Shown: positions 22,089-33,961, numbered from the stretch's first letter. The stretch is DNA of 64,000 bases from Cyanophyceae cyanobacterium (GCA_038321985.1 JBBQFN010000014.1:1-64000); one strand, 5' to 3'. Notes: a model not told the origin generated them from the sequence alone. Program-made: numbers and translations.

Positions 22089-23044
22089 TTTGTATTACCC
22101 AAATTTTCATCTAATTGTTTCTTGACTTGCTTGACTCCATCGTAGTCTGAGTCTTGCACTAGGGTATATCCATTAGAAGGAACACCACCAAGACTCAGTA
22201 TTCCAATAGGGGCGCTGAGAAATGCCTCTTTCAATTCCGCAATAAGCTGGGGGGATAGTTTTTGAGAAACAACAATAGGAGATTCGGGAATTGGTTCAGA
22301 TTCCCAAATTACCTGATAAGAATCATTAATTTTGCCAGCTTCTTTGGCTTCAGTATACCTCTCTAGATTAGTAGCTATGGCATCAACTTGCCCGTCTAGC
22401 AGCGCAGCTAATGTGTTATCTCGATTCTCAAAGAATTGAACAGAAGCAAAATCGCTATCAAACTTAAAACCTAGATTTAACAGGTGAACTACAGGATACA
22501 TATAGCCTGATGTTGATAGTTTACTGACAAAGCCAAGCCGTTTTCCCTTGAGATCGTCGAGGGTTTTGATCCCACTCCCTGAATTAGCGATAATAGCTGA
22601 TCTATACCAAGGTCGCCCCGTACTTTTATGGATAGGGGCAACGATCGGCTCGATTTGCGGATTCCGTTGCTTTGCCTCAATATAAGAGAGTGGCCCTAAT
22701 ACGGCGACTTGCACCTTTTCTTCTACCAAGAGGTCAACGGTACGATTGTAGTCTTTGATCGGTTGGATAGATACAGGTCGTTTCAGGGTTTTACTTAGGT
22801 ATTCAGTTAAAGGTCGTAGTTGTTCCGGTGCGTCATTCGTTGAAGGGATAGATGCGATCATTAAAGTTGATGGTTCTTTTTCCACACTAGCCTGACTGCT
22901 TGGCGTTGGCTGGGGATTATTGTTGCTTGCAGTTTGAGTAGTGCAGGCTGTGCTAATCACTATTAATGTAGGGACTACTAGAGCAATAATGGCGATTTGT
23001 CGCTTAATCAAGGAATTGAGTTGTTGCTGTAAATATGCTTGCAT
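22085..23044 (-). CDS. PhnD/PtxB-family phosphate/phosphite/phosphonate-binding protein (probable lipoprotein)
   Basis: Lipobox-like ISTAC, STSGYMYP anion-binding motif, LDDLKGKRLGF, GQVDA, VIWESEPIP. 4-bp overlap with the kinase gene. Confidence 0.85.
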   Translation of the reverse strand: MQAYLQQQLNSLIKRQIAIIALVVPTLIVISTACTTQTASNNNPQPTPSSQASVEKEPSTLMIASIPSTNDAPEQLRPLTEYLSKTLKRPVSIQPIKDYNRTVDLLVEEKVQVAVLGPLSYIEAKQRNPQIEPIVAPIHKSTGRPWYRSAIIANSGSGIKTLDDLKGKRLGFVSKLSTSGYMYPVVHLLNLGFKFDSDFASVQFFENRDNTLAALLDGQVDAIATNLERYTEAKEAGKINDSYQVIWESEPIPESPIVVSQKLSPQLIAELKEAFLSAPIGILSLGGVPSNGYTLVQDSDYDGVKQVKKQLDENLGNTK

Positions 23045-23215
23045 AGCTGAACGCTCCTTAAATTGGATATTGATACTAATATTGGGGACATTTAATTAAG
23101 CAGCCATTAAACATCTGGTATAATTAGTAACCTTCTCTATTCCATAGCACCTTACAATAATTTTGTCAAGTCTAACAAAATACAATCACAGAAATTTTAT
23201 TAGCTTAATTTAATG

Positions 23216-23511
23216 TTAACGAATAGGTAATAATTCATCTTGTTCGCGTTGGTTGTTCAAGGGGAGGACGATCGCAAACTCCGTCCCTTCTCTCAATACA
23301 GAATTTAGCTCGATCGCCCCTCCATGTTTCTCAACCACAATCTGCCGCGCGATCGCCAATCCTAATCCCGTTCCTTTACCTATGATGGGATTGTGAATTT
23401 CATGAGAAATTCCCGGTAAAAGTTGCCCTAAACCGGGAATTTTTTCGGCTTGAATCAGTTGCATTTGCACTTCTTGAAAGTCCTGATAGGCTACTTGTAA
23501 TTCTTCGGTGC
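23216..23511 (-). pseudogene. Histidine kinase remnant (H-box fused directly to G2 box)
   Basis: TEELQVAYQDFQEVQMQLIQAEK..SHEIHNP joined to [23 protein letters not shown]. The internal HisKA/HATPase region is deleted. Confidence 0.85.
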
Positions 23512-23916
23512 AGTGTTATGGATTAAACTTTTCTCTATCTAAATTGGGAATCAGAAAATCATGAAACTTTGGGAGTGGGTAAAGCAAATAGGCATAACTT
23601 GACAGCACTTCGCACAAGAGGAACCCAGCGGGATGTGCGACCCAGCTTGTGCGAAGTACACTCACATCTTCCTGGCTCTGGAGTACGCAATTTGAATGGC
23701 GAATAGTTGATCCATTATCATCTGGCCCTACTCAGGAGTGGGCGGCATATCCCCCGATCCGGGTCTCTAAGAGGAAAAAATAACGACTGTATTAGTCGCT
23801 ACTCCATTGAGTGAGATGAAAATGCTTCGATCGCCCCGCAAATAGAGGCGGATGAGAGGGCGATCGCGGCTGGCATCAATCCGGGGAAACGTAAGACGGG
23901 TTAAGGTGGCGTCGGC

Positions 23917-24132
23917 TTACGCGCTCACTTTCAGCCATCCTCGGCGCACCGCATAGAATAATCGATGGGCAAGCAACGCATCCTCCCGGCTGAGGGCATT
24001 ATTTAATAAAGCAACCTGAAGCCTGTGCTGTTCGATCTCGCTGAGTTTACCTGAAAACCAGGCTTGAGCATAAAGATCAGTGAGGTTCTCTTCCAGATTC
24101 AGAGTGGGTGCTGGCATAGTGGGTGCTCGCAT
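23917..24132 (-). CDS. Small hypothetical protein
   Basis: 71-aa ORF resembling a small cyanobacterial family (..SGKLS..RL..ALL..LSREDA..RLFYAVRRGWLKV). Confidence 0.65.
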   Translation of the reverse strand: MRAPTMPAPTLNLEENLTDLYAQAWFSGKLSEIEQHRLQVALLNNALSREDALLAHRLFYAVRRGWLKVSA

Positions 24133-24341
24133 AAGTTCCGATTCAACTCTACGGTTCTACTGTGCTTCTAGTTTGCTATAGCCAGTTGGAATAATCTGTG
24201 ATTTGAGTGTTGCCACTCTCTAAGTATTTATCACCTCTACTTGTGATTCAAATCGCTGCACTTTGGGCCACACCTCGTTTAACCTGTCGGATTAGGACAA
24301 GGCGTTTGCCTTGTCCCCACTCCCTTAGTCTCTCACTCTGC

Positions 24342-25718
24342 TTACTCCGGCAGCATTTCCAGGCACAGTTGCCGAAAATGATCACCGCGTTGCTCAAAGT
24401 TTTGATATTGATCGAAACTCGCACAGGCGGGAGAGAGGAGGACCACTTGAGCCTCCAGTTCTTCCGCTAATTCGGCACCGCGAATCACCGCACGTTCCAT
24501 CCCATAGGCGATTTCATAGCGGTTGTTCCCCACTTGTTCTAAGCGTTTGGCAAAGGCATCGGCAGCATCCCCAATCAGGAGCACTTGTGCGACTTTAGCT
24601 TCAATCGTTTGCAACCAGGTGGTATCATCCCCTTCTTTGGCTTCACCCCCGGCAATTAAAATCACGGGCGCAGAAACGGAAGCTAATCCCACTTGTGCCG
24701 CATCATAGTTGGTGGCTTTACTGTCATTAATAAAATCAATTCCGCGCCAAGTGCGAATCAGTTCTAAACGGTGAGAGACCCCGGGGAAGTTACTCACGGC
24801 AGTGGCGATCGCTGCTTTATCAATTCCCGCTAATCGGGCCACTCCTACTGCCATCAACAGATTGGTCAGGTTATGTTCTCCGGGCATCCGTAAAGCATCT
24901 ACAGGTACGATCGCCTCTCCCATTGCCACCGCCCAACCGTCTTCGATATAGACGCCCTTATCCGGATTTCCTAATAACTCACTTTTGCCTTTGATGCTAG
25001 TCCAACAGGCATTCGGCCAGCGATCGCTTAAACTTTTTCTTAAGTAAGGGTCATCCCCATTTAATACTTTTTCCTGCGATCGCTCTAGCAGGGAAGCCTT
25101 AATATTAAAATAATTTTCTAGCGTACCATGCCGGCTGAGGTGATCCGGTGTAAACGTCGTCCAAACCCCAATTTGCGGTGCAACCGTTTCCGATGCCTCG
25201 ACTTGATAGCTACTAATTTCAGCAATCACCCAATCGGGATATGGGGGAGTTGAGGCGTTGTCTTCAAACCGTTTCAAAGCCAATTCCGTCGCCGCATACC
25301 CAATATTCCCACAAGCTGGCGCATTCAATCCGGCTGCTTGAAAAATTGCCGCAATTAAAGCCGTGGTGGTCGTTTTCCCATTGGTTCCCGTAATGCCAAC
25401 CCAGGGACAAGCATTGAGGTTGCGCCAAGCTAACTCCATTTCTCCCAGGGTGGTAATTCCCATCTTCCTAGCACTCACCAGGGCTGGCAAATCCCAGGGA
25501 ACCCCCGGACTTACCACCACCGATTCCAAAGACTGATAAGGTTCAAAGGACTCATTCAGCTGTACTTCGATGCCATCGGCTGCTAACAATTGTTGCTGTT
25601 GTCGCAAGGAGTCACTGTCTGATCGATCGCTCAAGGTTACATCCCACCCTTGCTTTTTTAACAATCGCGCTGCTGCAACCCCTGACCGTCCTAGTCCAAT
25701 GATATGAGCCTTTGGCAT
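24342..25718 (-). CDS. murD: UDP-N-acetylmuramoyl-L-alanine--D-glutamate ligase
   Basis: [50 protein letters not shown]. Start at MPKAH (25718). Confidence 0.96.
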   Translation of the reverse strand: MPKAHIIGLGRSGVAAARLLKKQGWDVTLSDRSDSDSLRQQQQLLAADGIEVQLNESFEPYQSLESVVVSPGVPWDLPALVSARKMGITTLGEMELAWRNLNACPWVGITGTNGKTTTTALIAAIFQAAGLNAPACGNIGYAATELALKRFEDNASTPPYPDWVIAEISSYQVEASETVAPQIGVWTTFTPDHLSRHGTLENYFNIKASLLERSQEKVLNGDDPYLRKSLSDRWPNACWTSIKGKSELLGNPDKGVYIEDGWAVAMGEAIVPVDALRMPGEHNLTNLLMAVGVARLAGIDKAAIATAVSNFPGVSHRLELIRTWRGIDFINDSKATNYDAAQVGLASVSAPVILIAGGEAKEGDDTTWLQTIEAKVAQVLLIGDAADAFAKRLEQVGNNRYEIAYGMERAVIRGAELAEELEAQVVLLSPACASFDQYQNFEQRGDHFRQLCLEMLPE

Positions 25719-25939
25719 ACTTTTATCGATCGCATGGTTTAAAAGTCCATGTTCAATCTTAGCGTTTCTTGCTAAGTCTAACCGGGCTTTTCTCTGGAAA
25801 AAGATTTCCCGGTTGCAATCACCGCTATTGCCCGATCGAGATTCCCACCCCTGGGTAACAGCCACAACCGAGGGCGGTTCAAACCCCTGCGGGTTGTCGC
25901 TGTTAACCCTTTTAACCCGTTAGTTGTCCCAACTCCCGG

Positions 25940-28099
25940 TTATGGCTTGACAATGGGGCCAAAATCAGCCAAAACCCGCGCGTGATTTCGCAATAAACCG
26001 ATGGAGTTGAGGCGGTTACGACGGATATCTGGATCCGGATCCATGACCAATACGCTGTCCTCTCCATCAAAAAACTGGCTGACAACCGGGGTAATTTCTG
26101 CTAAAGCATCCACCAACTGCTGATAGTTACGCTGCGATCGCGCGGATTGAGTGGTAGGCATTAAGCGGATTAAGGCATCATAAAACCCTTGTTCTGATGA
26201 CTTCTGGAATAATTCGGGTTTGAGCACTTGGGCGGGATCAAGCACGGTTGTGTCCAAATCCCCCTGTTTTGCCAGTCTCGCTGACCGATTCACAGTTTCA
26301 TAAATGGTGTCTAAGCTGCCATTATCTCGGATGGATTGTAGAAATAAAGCGCGATCGCGAACGTCCAAGACATCCTCTAAGGCGCGTTGGCTATATTCGA
26401 GGTCATCTTCCCCGAGAACTGCATTCACTAAGTCGTAATCGATTCCCCGTTCCTCTTGCAATAAGGTCCGAATCCGTTGTAAGAAAAATTCCTGTAATTG
26501 AGAGCGTAATTCTGGCGAAGTCTTCGGATTCTTGGCCGTAAATTTCTCCGCAATTTGCCCTAATAATTGGCCTATATTTAGGGGTAAATTGGCCGCCCAA
26601 GTTAGATTAACCACGGCATTCGCAGCCCGTCGCAAGGCAAAAGGGTCTGATGAACCTGTCGGAATCATTCCCAATCCGAAAATACTTACCAACGTATCTA
26701 ATTTATCAGTTAATCCCACGACTTGACCGACGCGGGTTTCGGGTAACTTATCCCCAGCGTTGCGCGGTAAATAATGTTCATAAATGGCTGTAGCCACTGC
26801 TTCGGATTCCCCACAAGCGCGGGCATATTTTTCTCCCATTACTCCTTGTAATTCTGGGAACTCGTAGACCATTTGAGTCACTAAATCCGCTTTACAAAGT
26901 AAGGTAGCCCGAGCGATCGCCTCTCGTTCTTCTCCCTGGATTTGCAACTGGTCGGTAATCAATGCCGCTACCTCAGATAATCGCTCGACTTTCTCGCGCA
27001 TTGAGCCTAAATCTTCCTGGAATGTGACTTCTTCTAATTTAGGCAGGTAGGCTTCTAGGGGTTTAGCCCGGTCGGTTTTATAGAAAAATTGACCATCGGC
27101 TAATCGGGCGCGAATCACCCGTTCGTTCCCAGATCCAATCAGGTCTGATTTGGCCGGATCCCCATTAGAAATGGTGATAAAGTAGGGAAGCAATTCAGGG
27201 GTATTCCCTGATTTTTGTCCGGTTTTTAAGACGGGAAAATACCGCTGATGGCTGACCATAACCGTCGTAATCACTTCGGGTGGCAAAATCAGAAATTCTT
27301 CATCAAATTTGCCTAAAACAGCGGTCGGCCATTCGACTAGGTTGGTGACTTCTTGGAGCAAATCCGGGGAAATATCGGCGGTTCCTCCGACTTTTTCGGC
27401 TGCCGCTTTTACTTGGTCTTGAATGATGGCTTGCCGGTGAGTTGGATCGACTCGAACAAAAGCATTTTCTAGGGATTGGACATAATCGGAGGCGGTGGCA
27501 ATTTCGACGGGTTGGGGATGTAAGACTCGATGACCCGAGGAGATGCGATCGCTGCTAATACTTTCGGAACCATTGTCAAATTGAATCGGTAAAATATCGG
27601 CATCAAAGAGTGCTACCAACCACCGCAAGGGTCGAGAAAATTTCATTTCTCCATTTCCCCAGCGCATTAACCGTTTGCCTTCGAGTTTGGTAATCCACTG
27701 CGGGATAAGTTCCTGGAGAATCTCTGTCGTCAGACGTCCGGTGATGGTTTTACGAACAAAGACAAAATCCCCTTTATCCGTGGGGCGAATTTCTAAGGCA
27801 TCAAGTTCCACCCCTTGTTTTTTAGCAAATCCTTCCGCTGCTTTTGTAGGTTTGCCGTCTTTATAGGCAGCAGAGGCTGGGGGGCCTTTAATTTCTTCCT
27901 CGCGATCGCCTTGTTGAACCGGCAACCCTTCTATCACCACCGCTAAACGTCGGGGAGTGCCATATACATAAATCGCCTCATTTGTCAAGAAATTTTCAGT
28001 CAGGGAAGCAGGAATTCGCGATCGCCACTGGGTGAGGGCGCTATCGAGAAACGCTGCGGGTAATTCTTCTGTACCGACTTCTAATAGAAAGGTAGCCAT
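25940..28099 (-). CDS. glyS: Glycine--tRNA ligase beta subunit
   Basis: [46 protein letters not shown]. Confidence 0.96.
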   Translation of the reverse strand: MATFLLEVGTEELPAAFLDSALTQWRSRIPASLTENFLTNEAIYVYGTPRRLAVVIEGLPVQQGDREEEIKGPPASAAYKDGKPTKAAEGFAKKQGVELDALEIRPTDKGDFVFVRKTITGRLTTEILQELIPQWITKLEGKRLMRWGNGEMKFSRPLRWLVALFDADILPIQFDNGSESISSDRISSGHRVLHPQPVEIATASDYVQSLENAFVRVDPTHRQAIIQDQVKAAAEKVGGTADISPDLLQEVTNLVEWPTAVLGKFDEEFLILPPEVITTVMVSHQRYFPVLKTGQKSGNTPELLPYFITISNGDPAKSDLIGSGNERVIRARLADGQFFYKTDRAKPLEAYLPKLEEVTFQEDLGSMREKVERLSEVAALITDQLQIQGEEREAIARATLLCKADLVTQMVYEFPELQGVMGEKYARACGESEAVATAIYEHYLPRNAGDKLPETRVGQVVGLTDKLDTLVSIFGLGMIPTGSSDPFALRRAANAVVNLTWAANLPLNIGQLLGQIAEKFTAKNPKTSPELRSQLQEFFLQRIRTLLQEERGIDYDLVNAVLGEDDLEYSQRALEDVLDVRDRALFLQSIRDNGSLDTIYETVNRSARLAKQGDLDTTVLDPAQVLKPELFQKSSEQGFYDALIRLMPTTQSARSQRNYQQLVDALAEITPVVSQFFDGEDSVLVMDPDPDIRRNRLNSIGLLRNHARVLADFGPIVKP

Positions 28100-28464
28100 A
28101 TCGGATCGTACTCTAAAGGACTAGAGGTTGCTTATGCCTTCCAACAGAAGCCAACAGCTAACCCCATTCAACAACTCTTTCCAGAATACGCCAAGAAAGC
28201 CCCTGAATTCTACCTACCCCTTACGCCCCTCCAGATCCAGCTTAACGTACTCTCTGAGTGAAAACTAGGGCAATCCCGGGTTTTTTCTGATCCCCTCCCC
28301 GGTTTGAAAATGTTATTCTAGAACAGATTCTTCTTACCCTAATGATTTATTAATCTAATAGCGACGAGTCAACGATTCTCAATAATCGGAGTCTTTTGAC
28401 CCCAGGAATTAGCCAGGTTTATCTAAGCGCGAATCGGGTTAAATTAGAAAAAATAAAGGGTTGT

Positions 28465-30474
28465 ATGGCGGTTCATTTGAAAGATTTCGGGCGAATTAAA
28501 AACGGATTTCCAAAAATTCGGACCTACCTTCCGGCAGGGTTAACATTAATCATTGGCCTGTTACTTGCGGCGATCTCCGCCAGGGGGGTCTATGAATGGG
28601 AACGAAAAACAGCACAGGAAACCTTAGCGGGACGGGGGCAAACTGTAGCTAGTACCTTACAAGGTGATATTAATGAATATCTCCAAGTCACCCGCGCCCT
28701 GGGGGCATTATATGACATTTCCGGACAAGTGAGTGAGGAAAATTTTCAACGGTTTTCCCAATCTTTTTTGGAAAATTACCCGGGAATTAGAGGGATGGCA
28801 TGGTTAGAAAGAGTGCCTCATTCCCAACGAATTGCCTTTGAGAAACGGATGCAAGAAAAAGGATGGGAAAATTACAAAATTCGCCATAGCAGCACCGATG
28901 GAAAATTGATTCCCGCCCCTGATCGCCCGCAATACTTTCCGATAGTTTATGGAAAACCCTCTAGTATTTATCCAGATGAGGTGCGGGGATTCGATCCGAG
29001 TTATGAACCCACAGTCAGAGATGCGATCGCCCGGGGAAGAGATCGCGGAGACATCGCCGTAACCGAACGGTTTTTGCTCCCAGACGGCAAGACTTACGGG
29101 GTCGCCATGTTTCGACCCGTCTACCGGGGAGGCACAAATCCCGAATTCCTGCGCGATCGCCGCAAAGCCTTTATTGGAACAACTTACACCATCTATAGTC
29201 TCGCCAATATGCTAGAAAGATCCCTGGGTGGATTAAACCTCAATCACCTGGATTTTTACTTAATTGACCCCTCAGCAGATGCCAATAATCAGGTTTTAAT
29301 CTTTTATGACTCCAACAGCCAAAAATTTATTGCGGATAGCCGTCTGACAAAACCCAGTCCCATCTTTCCCCAGTCTTTGTGCTACAAAAATCCTAGCTTC
29401 TGTAGTCAGACCCTTAATATTGCCGATCACCAATGGACTCTTTTATTGCGTCCCACCCCAACTTTCCAGGAATTTATTGGGGATACCTTACTCACTCTGG
29501 CGATCGGCATATTACTCACCGGAATCATCGCCCTTTATTTAGCATTATCTATCCGCCGGACTACCGAAGTAAAAGCGGCAATGCAACAGTTACAAAGAAC
29601 TCAAAGTCAACTGATCCAAGCGGAAAAAATGTCCTCCATTGGTCAATTGGTAGCCGGGGTTGCTCATGAAATTAATAACCCCGTCAGCTTTATTTACGGC
29701 AATATTAATCATGCTGATGACTATGTTAAAGACTTACTGAACCTGCTCACCCTCTATCAAGAATACTATCCCGAACCCGCCCCTAAAATTAAAGAAGAAG
29801 CAGAGGCAATGGATATAGATTTTATTATAGAAGATTTACCCAAAACCATCCAATCCATGAATGTTGGGGCTGAACGTATTCAAAATATTGTATTGAGTTT
29901 GCGAAATTTTTCCCGCACTGATGAAGCCGAAATTAAGGCGATAGACATTCATCAAGGTCTCAATAGTACCTTGATGATTTTGCAGCATCGTCTCAAAGCT
30001 ACGGCGGGACATCAGACCATTCATGTCGTGAAAAATTACGGCGATTTACCCCTGGTGGAGTGCTACCCGGGTCAACTTAATCAGGTGTTTATGAATCTAC
30101 TTGCCAATGCCATTGATGCCTTAGAAGAAACCCTTGCTCAAAAAAGTTTGCAAGAATATGTCCCAACTTTGACCCTGTGGACTGAAGTTTTTTGGGGAAA
30201 TAAAGAAAAAAACAAAATAGAAGATTTACCCAAAATCCCGGAAGCCGTCGTCATCCGAATTGAGGATAATGGATCGGGGATTCCTGCGGAAATTAGAGAA
30301 AATATTTTTAACCCATTTTTCACCACTAAACCGATAGGAAAAGGAACCGGGCTAGGTCTTTCTATCAGCTATCAAATTATCGTGGAAAAACATTTAGGAA
30401 AATTAGACTGCTTTTCTAGCCCGGGAAAAGGAACGGAATTTTATATTAGAATTCCGGCGAAGAAAAAGGTTTAA
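28465..30474 (+). CDS. CHASE-domain sensor histidine kinase
   Basis: TM, CHASE-like periplasmic region ([25 protein letters not shown]), [22 protein letters not shown] at 28465. Confidence 0.88.
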   Translation: MAVHLKDFGRIKNGFPKIRTYLPAGLTLIIGLLLAAISARGVYEWERKTAQETLAGRGQTVASTLQGDINEYLQVTRALGALYDISGQVSEENFQRFSQSFLENYPGIRGMAWLERVPHSQRIAFEKRMQEKGWENYKIRHSSTDGKLIPAPDRPQYFPIVYGKPSSIYPDEVRGFDPSYEPTVRDAIARGRDRGDIAVTERFLLPDGKTYGVAMFRPVYRGGTNPEFLRDRRKAFIGTTYTIYSLANMLERSLGGLNLNHLDFYLIDPSADANNQVLIFYDSNSQKFIADSRLTKPSPIFPQSLCYKNPSFCSQTLNIADHQWTLLLRPTPTFQEFIGDTLLTLAIGILLTGIIALYLALSIRRTTEVKAAMQQLQRTQSQLIQAEKMSSIGQLVAGVAHEINNPVSFIYGNINHADDYVKDLLNLLTLYQEYYPEPAPKIKEEAEAMDIDFIIEDLPKTIQSMNVGAERIQNIVLSLRNFSRTDEAEIKAIDIHQGLNSTLMILQHRLKATAGHQTIHVVKNYGDLPLVECYPGQLNQVFMNLLANAIDALEETLAQKSLQEYVPTLTLWTEVFWGNKEKNKIEDLPKIPEAVVIRIEDNGSGIPAEIRENIFNPFFTTKPIGKGTGLGLSISYQIIVEKHLGKLDCFSSPGKGTEFYIRIPAKKKV

Positions 30475-30530
30475 ACCAAAGCAAAAATAGGCTTTTTTTG
30501 CTGGGTTTCCTAGGGTTTTGGGGGAGTAAT

Positions 30531-31436
30531 CTACGGATTGCGCGATCGCTCTAAAAGCCGTTCCGTATTTAAAACCCGTTCAATATTACCCTCTAGGTTA
30601 TACAGGTCTCGGGCATATTGCAACACCCGTTGCGCCTCGGTAAAGTTCCCCTGGCGCAGAAAAACCAACCCCGCACCATAATAGGCATTGGCATAATTGG
30701 GATTCGCTTCAGCCGCCCGACGAAACCAGTCTAAAGCGGCGTTTAAATCCCCTTGATTATAAACAATAAAACCCAAATGATAGTGAGCTGCCGCATGATT
30801 TGGCGTAATCTTAATTGCCTGGTTAAACGCCGATTTAGCCGGTTCAAGTTTTCCTTGTTCCAGATAAACCAGTCCCAGATGATAGGGCGGTTCCGGGGTC
30901 GTTGGACTATACTGAATCGCCTGCTGAAATGAGGCGGCAGCCGCATCCCATAACCGCTGCTGCTCCAGGACCAAACCCAGATTATAATGAGCCAATCCCA
31001 TTTTGGGGTCTAAGGCGATCGCCCGTTGTAAATAATCCCGGGCGCGATCTAAATTGTTCCCCTCAATGAGGGCAGCCCCTAAATTGGCAAAAGCTAGAGT
31101 AAAGGTTGGATCGGCTTGAGTCGCTTGATAGAAAGAATCCGCTGCACCTTGTAATTCCCCCGATTGCCGGAGGGCCAACCCTAAATTATAATGGGCAACT
31201 GCCAGGGTCGGATCAAGTTGAGCCGCCTGCCGAAACGCCGCGATCGCCTCGGATACCTTCCCGGATTGAATCGAACCGAGTCCCCGGTTTACCCAATCCA
31301 GGGCCGCTTGAGAATTGGACTGGGCGACTGCCCTAATGCCTTGTACTCCCAACCCCGGAATCAATAGCCCTGGCATCATCCAAATCCCTACACTGATCCC
31401 CGCAATTAAACCCCATCTCTTCATCTTTAATTGCAT
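30531..31436 (-). CDS. Exported tetratricopeptide-repeat protein
   Basis: Signal peptide and about 7 TPRs (AHYNLG..., AYYGAG). Confidence 0.88.
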   Translation of the reverse strand: MQLKMKRWGLIAGISVGIWMMPGLLIPGLGVQGIRAVAQSNSQAALDWVNRGLGSIQSGKVSEAIAAFRQAAQLDPTLAVAHYNLGLALRQSGELQGAADSFYQATQADPTFTLAFANLGAALIEGNNLDRARDYLQRAIALDPKMGLAHYNLGLVLEQQRLWDAAAASFQQAIQYSPTTPEPPYHLGLVYLEQGKLEPAKSAFNQAIKITPNHAAAHYHLGFIVYNQGDLNAALDWFRRAAEANPNYANAYYGAGLVFLRQGNFTEAQRVLQYARDLYNLEGNIERVLNTERLLERSRNP

Positions 31437-31892
31437 CGCCCCTCCTAGTTGCGAGCCGATGTGCTTTAACCTGGTTTTACCTTAAAATCCCTTCCTCTGA
31501 CGAGAGTCGGAAAGAATTTTACCCGGATCATTCACCCTGACTGATTCATGAGGGGTTGTACAGACCCCTGACCACACCCCAGAAAACTGCTCTTAGTCCA
31601 GGCGATCGCCGCTTTTTCCTAGACTCTAACTGTTACAAAACTTTTCAATTGATGACCGTTCTGGAAATTCAAAAAAAAAGGATTAATATTAGAAACAGAA
31701 GTCCCTCAAACTGTACTTCTTGTGGACAAAAACACCACTGTCTCAAATCCCTCCAGAGCCATACCAGAATTGCTGATCGCAGTCGCCTTGTTTCCAATAG
31801 AGGCAGGATAACGATTGTAGTCTAACTGTGACATTTCCTTAACAATTTTAAAAAATTTTTAATCTTTCTAAACTCACTCAGGGGAGTAAATC

Positions 31893-33941
31893 ATGAGCAA
31901 AAAAGTTGTTTCCGGCGTGCGAAACGTTGCTATTGTAGGTCCTTATCTGAGCGGAAAAACCACCTTACTCGAAAGTCTGTTGTTCGTAACAGGTGCACTT
32001 ACTCGCAAAGGCAATGTCAAAGAAGGTACAACCGTTAGCGATAGTTCCCCAGAAGCCCGCGATCGCCAAATGAGCGTAGAGGTATCCGCAGCCACCACCG
32101 AATACAATGATATCCGCTTCACCTTCTTAGACTGCCCGGGGTCGGTCGAATTTATCCAAGAAACCTATAATGCCTTAAAAGGAGCCGGTACCGCCCTAGT
32201 CGTCTGCGAACCGGAAGTGAGCCGAGTCCTCACCCTAGCCCCCCTGTTTAAATTCTTAGATGACTGGGAAATTCCCCACCTGGTTTTTATCAACAAAATG
32301 GACCGGGCCAAAGATAGCTTCATGGATGTACTCCACGCCCTCAAATCCGTCTCAACTCGGCCCTTGGTCCCCCATCAATATCCGATTCTCAAAGACTCGA
32401 CACCTGTCGGTTTTATCGATCTGGTCACCGAACAAGCCTATCACTATCATGCCGGGGGCGCTCCCGATCCCGTCCCTATCCCCGAGGAACTCAAAGAAGA
32501 AGAACAAAGCGCTCGTCATGCCATGTTAGAAGAGTTGGCAAACTTTGACGATCATCTCCTCGAAGAACTCCTAGAAGAGATTGAACCCCCCCCAGATGAA
32601 ATCGTCGCCGACCTCAAAATGGAATTAGGCGCTGATTTAATCGTTCCCGTTTTTATGGGGATAGGGGATTTAGATTATGGAGTCAGACCCCTGCTTGAAG
32701 CCTTAGTTCGGGAAGCGCCGGAACCGAAAACTACCGCCGAACGCCGGGGAATTATGCTTCATTCCGGTAGTCCCCTAGCCCAAGTGATTAAAACTTATTA
32801 CACCCCCCAAGGCGGCAAGATGTCCCTAGTGCGGGTATGGCAAGGGGAACTCACGGATAACATGACCCTTAATGGCGTTCGCATTGGGGGAATGTATCGG
32901 ATGAAGGGACAGCAAACCGAATCCCTTCAAACGGCGATCGAGGGAGATATCGTGGCCTTGTCTCGGATGGAAGGCATTCACACGGGAGATACTTTGACCT
33001 CTGGCGAGGGTAACCTTAACTCAGAATTACCCAAAGCCGAGCAACTGCCTCCCGTCTTCGCCCTGGCGATCGCCCCGGAACGGCGTAGCGACGAAGTGAA
33101 AATCAGCGCAGCCCTGACTAAATTGATGGAAGAGGACCCCGCCCTTGCCTGGGAGCAAAATCCTGATACCCATGAGATTATCCTCTGGGGTCAAGGTGAA
33201 ATTCACCTGAAAGTGACCTTGGATCGGCTGCGGCGCAAATATAACCTGCCCATGACAACCCAGGTCCCCCATATTCCCTACAAAGAAACCATTCGCAAGG
33301 CTGCACCCCGGGTACATGGCCGCTACAAACATCAAAGTGGGGGTCATGGGCAATTTGGAGATGTTTACCTAGAAATCAAACCCCTACCGCGCGGAGAAGG
33401 GTATAGCTTCAACGATAAAATCGTGGGCGGCGTCATCCCCAAACAGTATATCCCGGGCGTGGAAATGGGAGTGCGCGAGTATCTGAATCAGGGACCCTTG
33501 GGGTTTCCCGTCGTGGATATCGCTGTCACCCTCACCGACGGGTCCTATCACTCCGTGGATAGTTCGGAACAGGCATTTAAACAAGCTGCACGCTTGGCAA
33601 TGCAAGAAGGATTAACGGAATGCGAACCCGCTTTGCTAGAACCGATCGCTTCGGTGCAGATTTGTGCGCCGACGGACTTTACTTCTAATCTGATGCAATT
33701 GATTAGTGGACGTCGCGGCCAGATTTTAGGCTATGAACCCCTTGTTAATTGGAAAGCATGGGATAAAGTTTCGGCATATTTACCTCAAGCCGAAATGCAG
33801 GATTTAATTGTGGAATTGCGATCGCTCACTATGGGAGTGGGTTTTTTCCGATGGAAGTACGATCACCTCCAAGAAGTCCCGGATAAACTGACCAGTCGCC
33901 TCTTAGCCGCCACCGGCAACGGGAACGGAAATTCTAAATAA
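31893..33941 (+). CDS. Elongation factor G paralogue (EF-G2-like)
   Basis: RNVAIVGPYLSGKTTL, DCPG, NKMD, GQGEIHL, YKHQSGGHGQFG, DGSYHSVDSSE. Divergent G1 box. Confidence 0.9.
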   Translation: MSKKVVSGVRNVAIVGPYLSGKTTLLESLLFVTGALTRKGNVKEGTTVSDSSPEARDRQMSVEVSAATTEYNDIRFTFLDCPGSVEFIQETYNALKGAGTALVVCEPEVSRVLTLAPLFKFLDDWEIPHLVFINKMDRAKDSFMDVLHALKSVSTRPLVPHQYPILKDSTPVGFIDLVTEQAYHYHAGGAPDPVPIPEELKEEEQSARHAMLEELANFDDHLLEELLEEIEPPPDEIVADLKMELGADLIVPVFMGIGDLDYGVRPLLEALVREAPEPKTTAERRGIMLHSGSPLAQVIKTYYTPQGGKMSLVRVWQGELTDNMTLNGVRIGGMYRMKGQQTESLQTAIEGDIVALSRMEGIHTGDTLTSGEGNLNSELPKAEQLPPVFALAIAPERRSDEVKISAALTKLMEEDPALAWEQNPDTHEIILWGQGEIHLKVTLDRLRRKYNLPMTTQVPHIPYKETIRKAAPRVHGRYKHQSGGHGQFGDVYLEIKPLPRGEGYSFNDKIVGGVIPKQYIPGVEMGVREYLNQGPLGFPVVDIAVTLTDGSYHSVDSSEQAFKQAARLAMQEGLTECEPALLEPIASVQICAPTDFTSNLMQLISGRRGQILGYEPLVNWKAWDKVSAYLPQAEMQDLIVELRSLTMGVGFFRWKYDHLQEVPDKLTSRLLAATGNGNGNSK

Positions 33942-33961
33942 TTTTTGAATTCCCAACTAGC

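Noticed and set aside
22085..23044. Phosphonate utilisation (phn) operon
   Set aside because: No phnC/phnE, C-P lyase or ptxD genes are in the window.
24242..24257. CRP-like site TGTGA-N6-TCGCT
   Set aside because: The second half-site is poor and there is no independent support.
25719..25865. N-terminal extension of murD in the ORF track (likewise for the FHA, P450, glcF, CHASE kinase and pyrE ORFs)
   Set aside because: Family homology begins at downstream ATGs. The glcF extension starts inside the tandem repeat.
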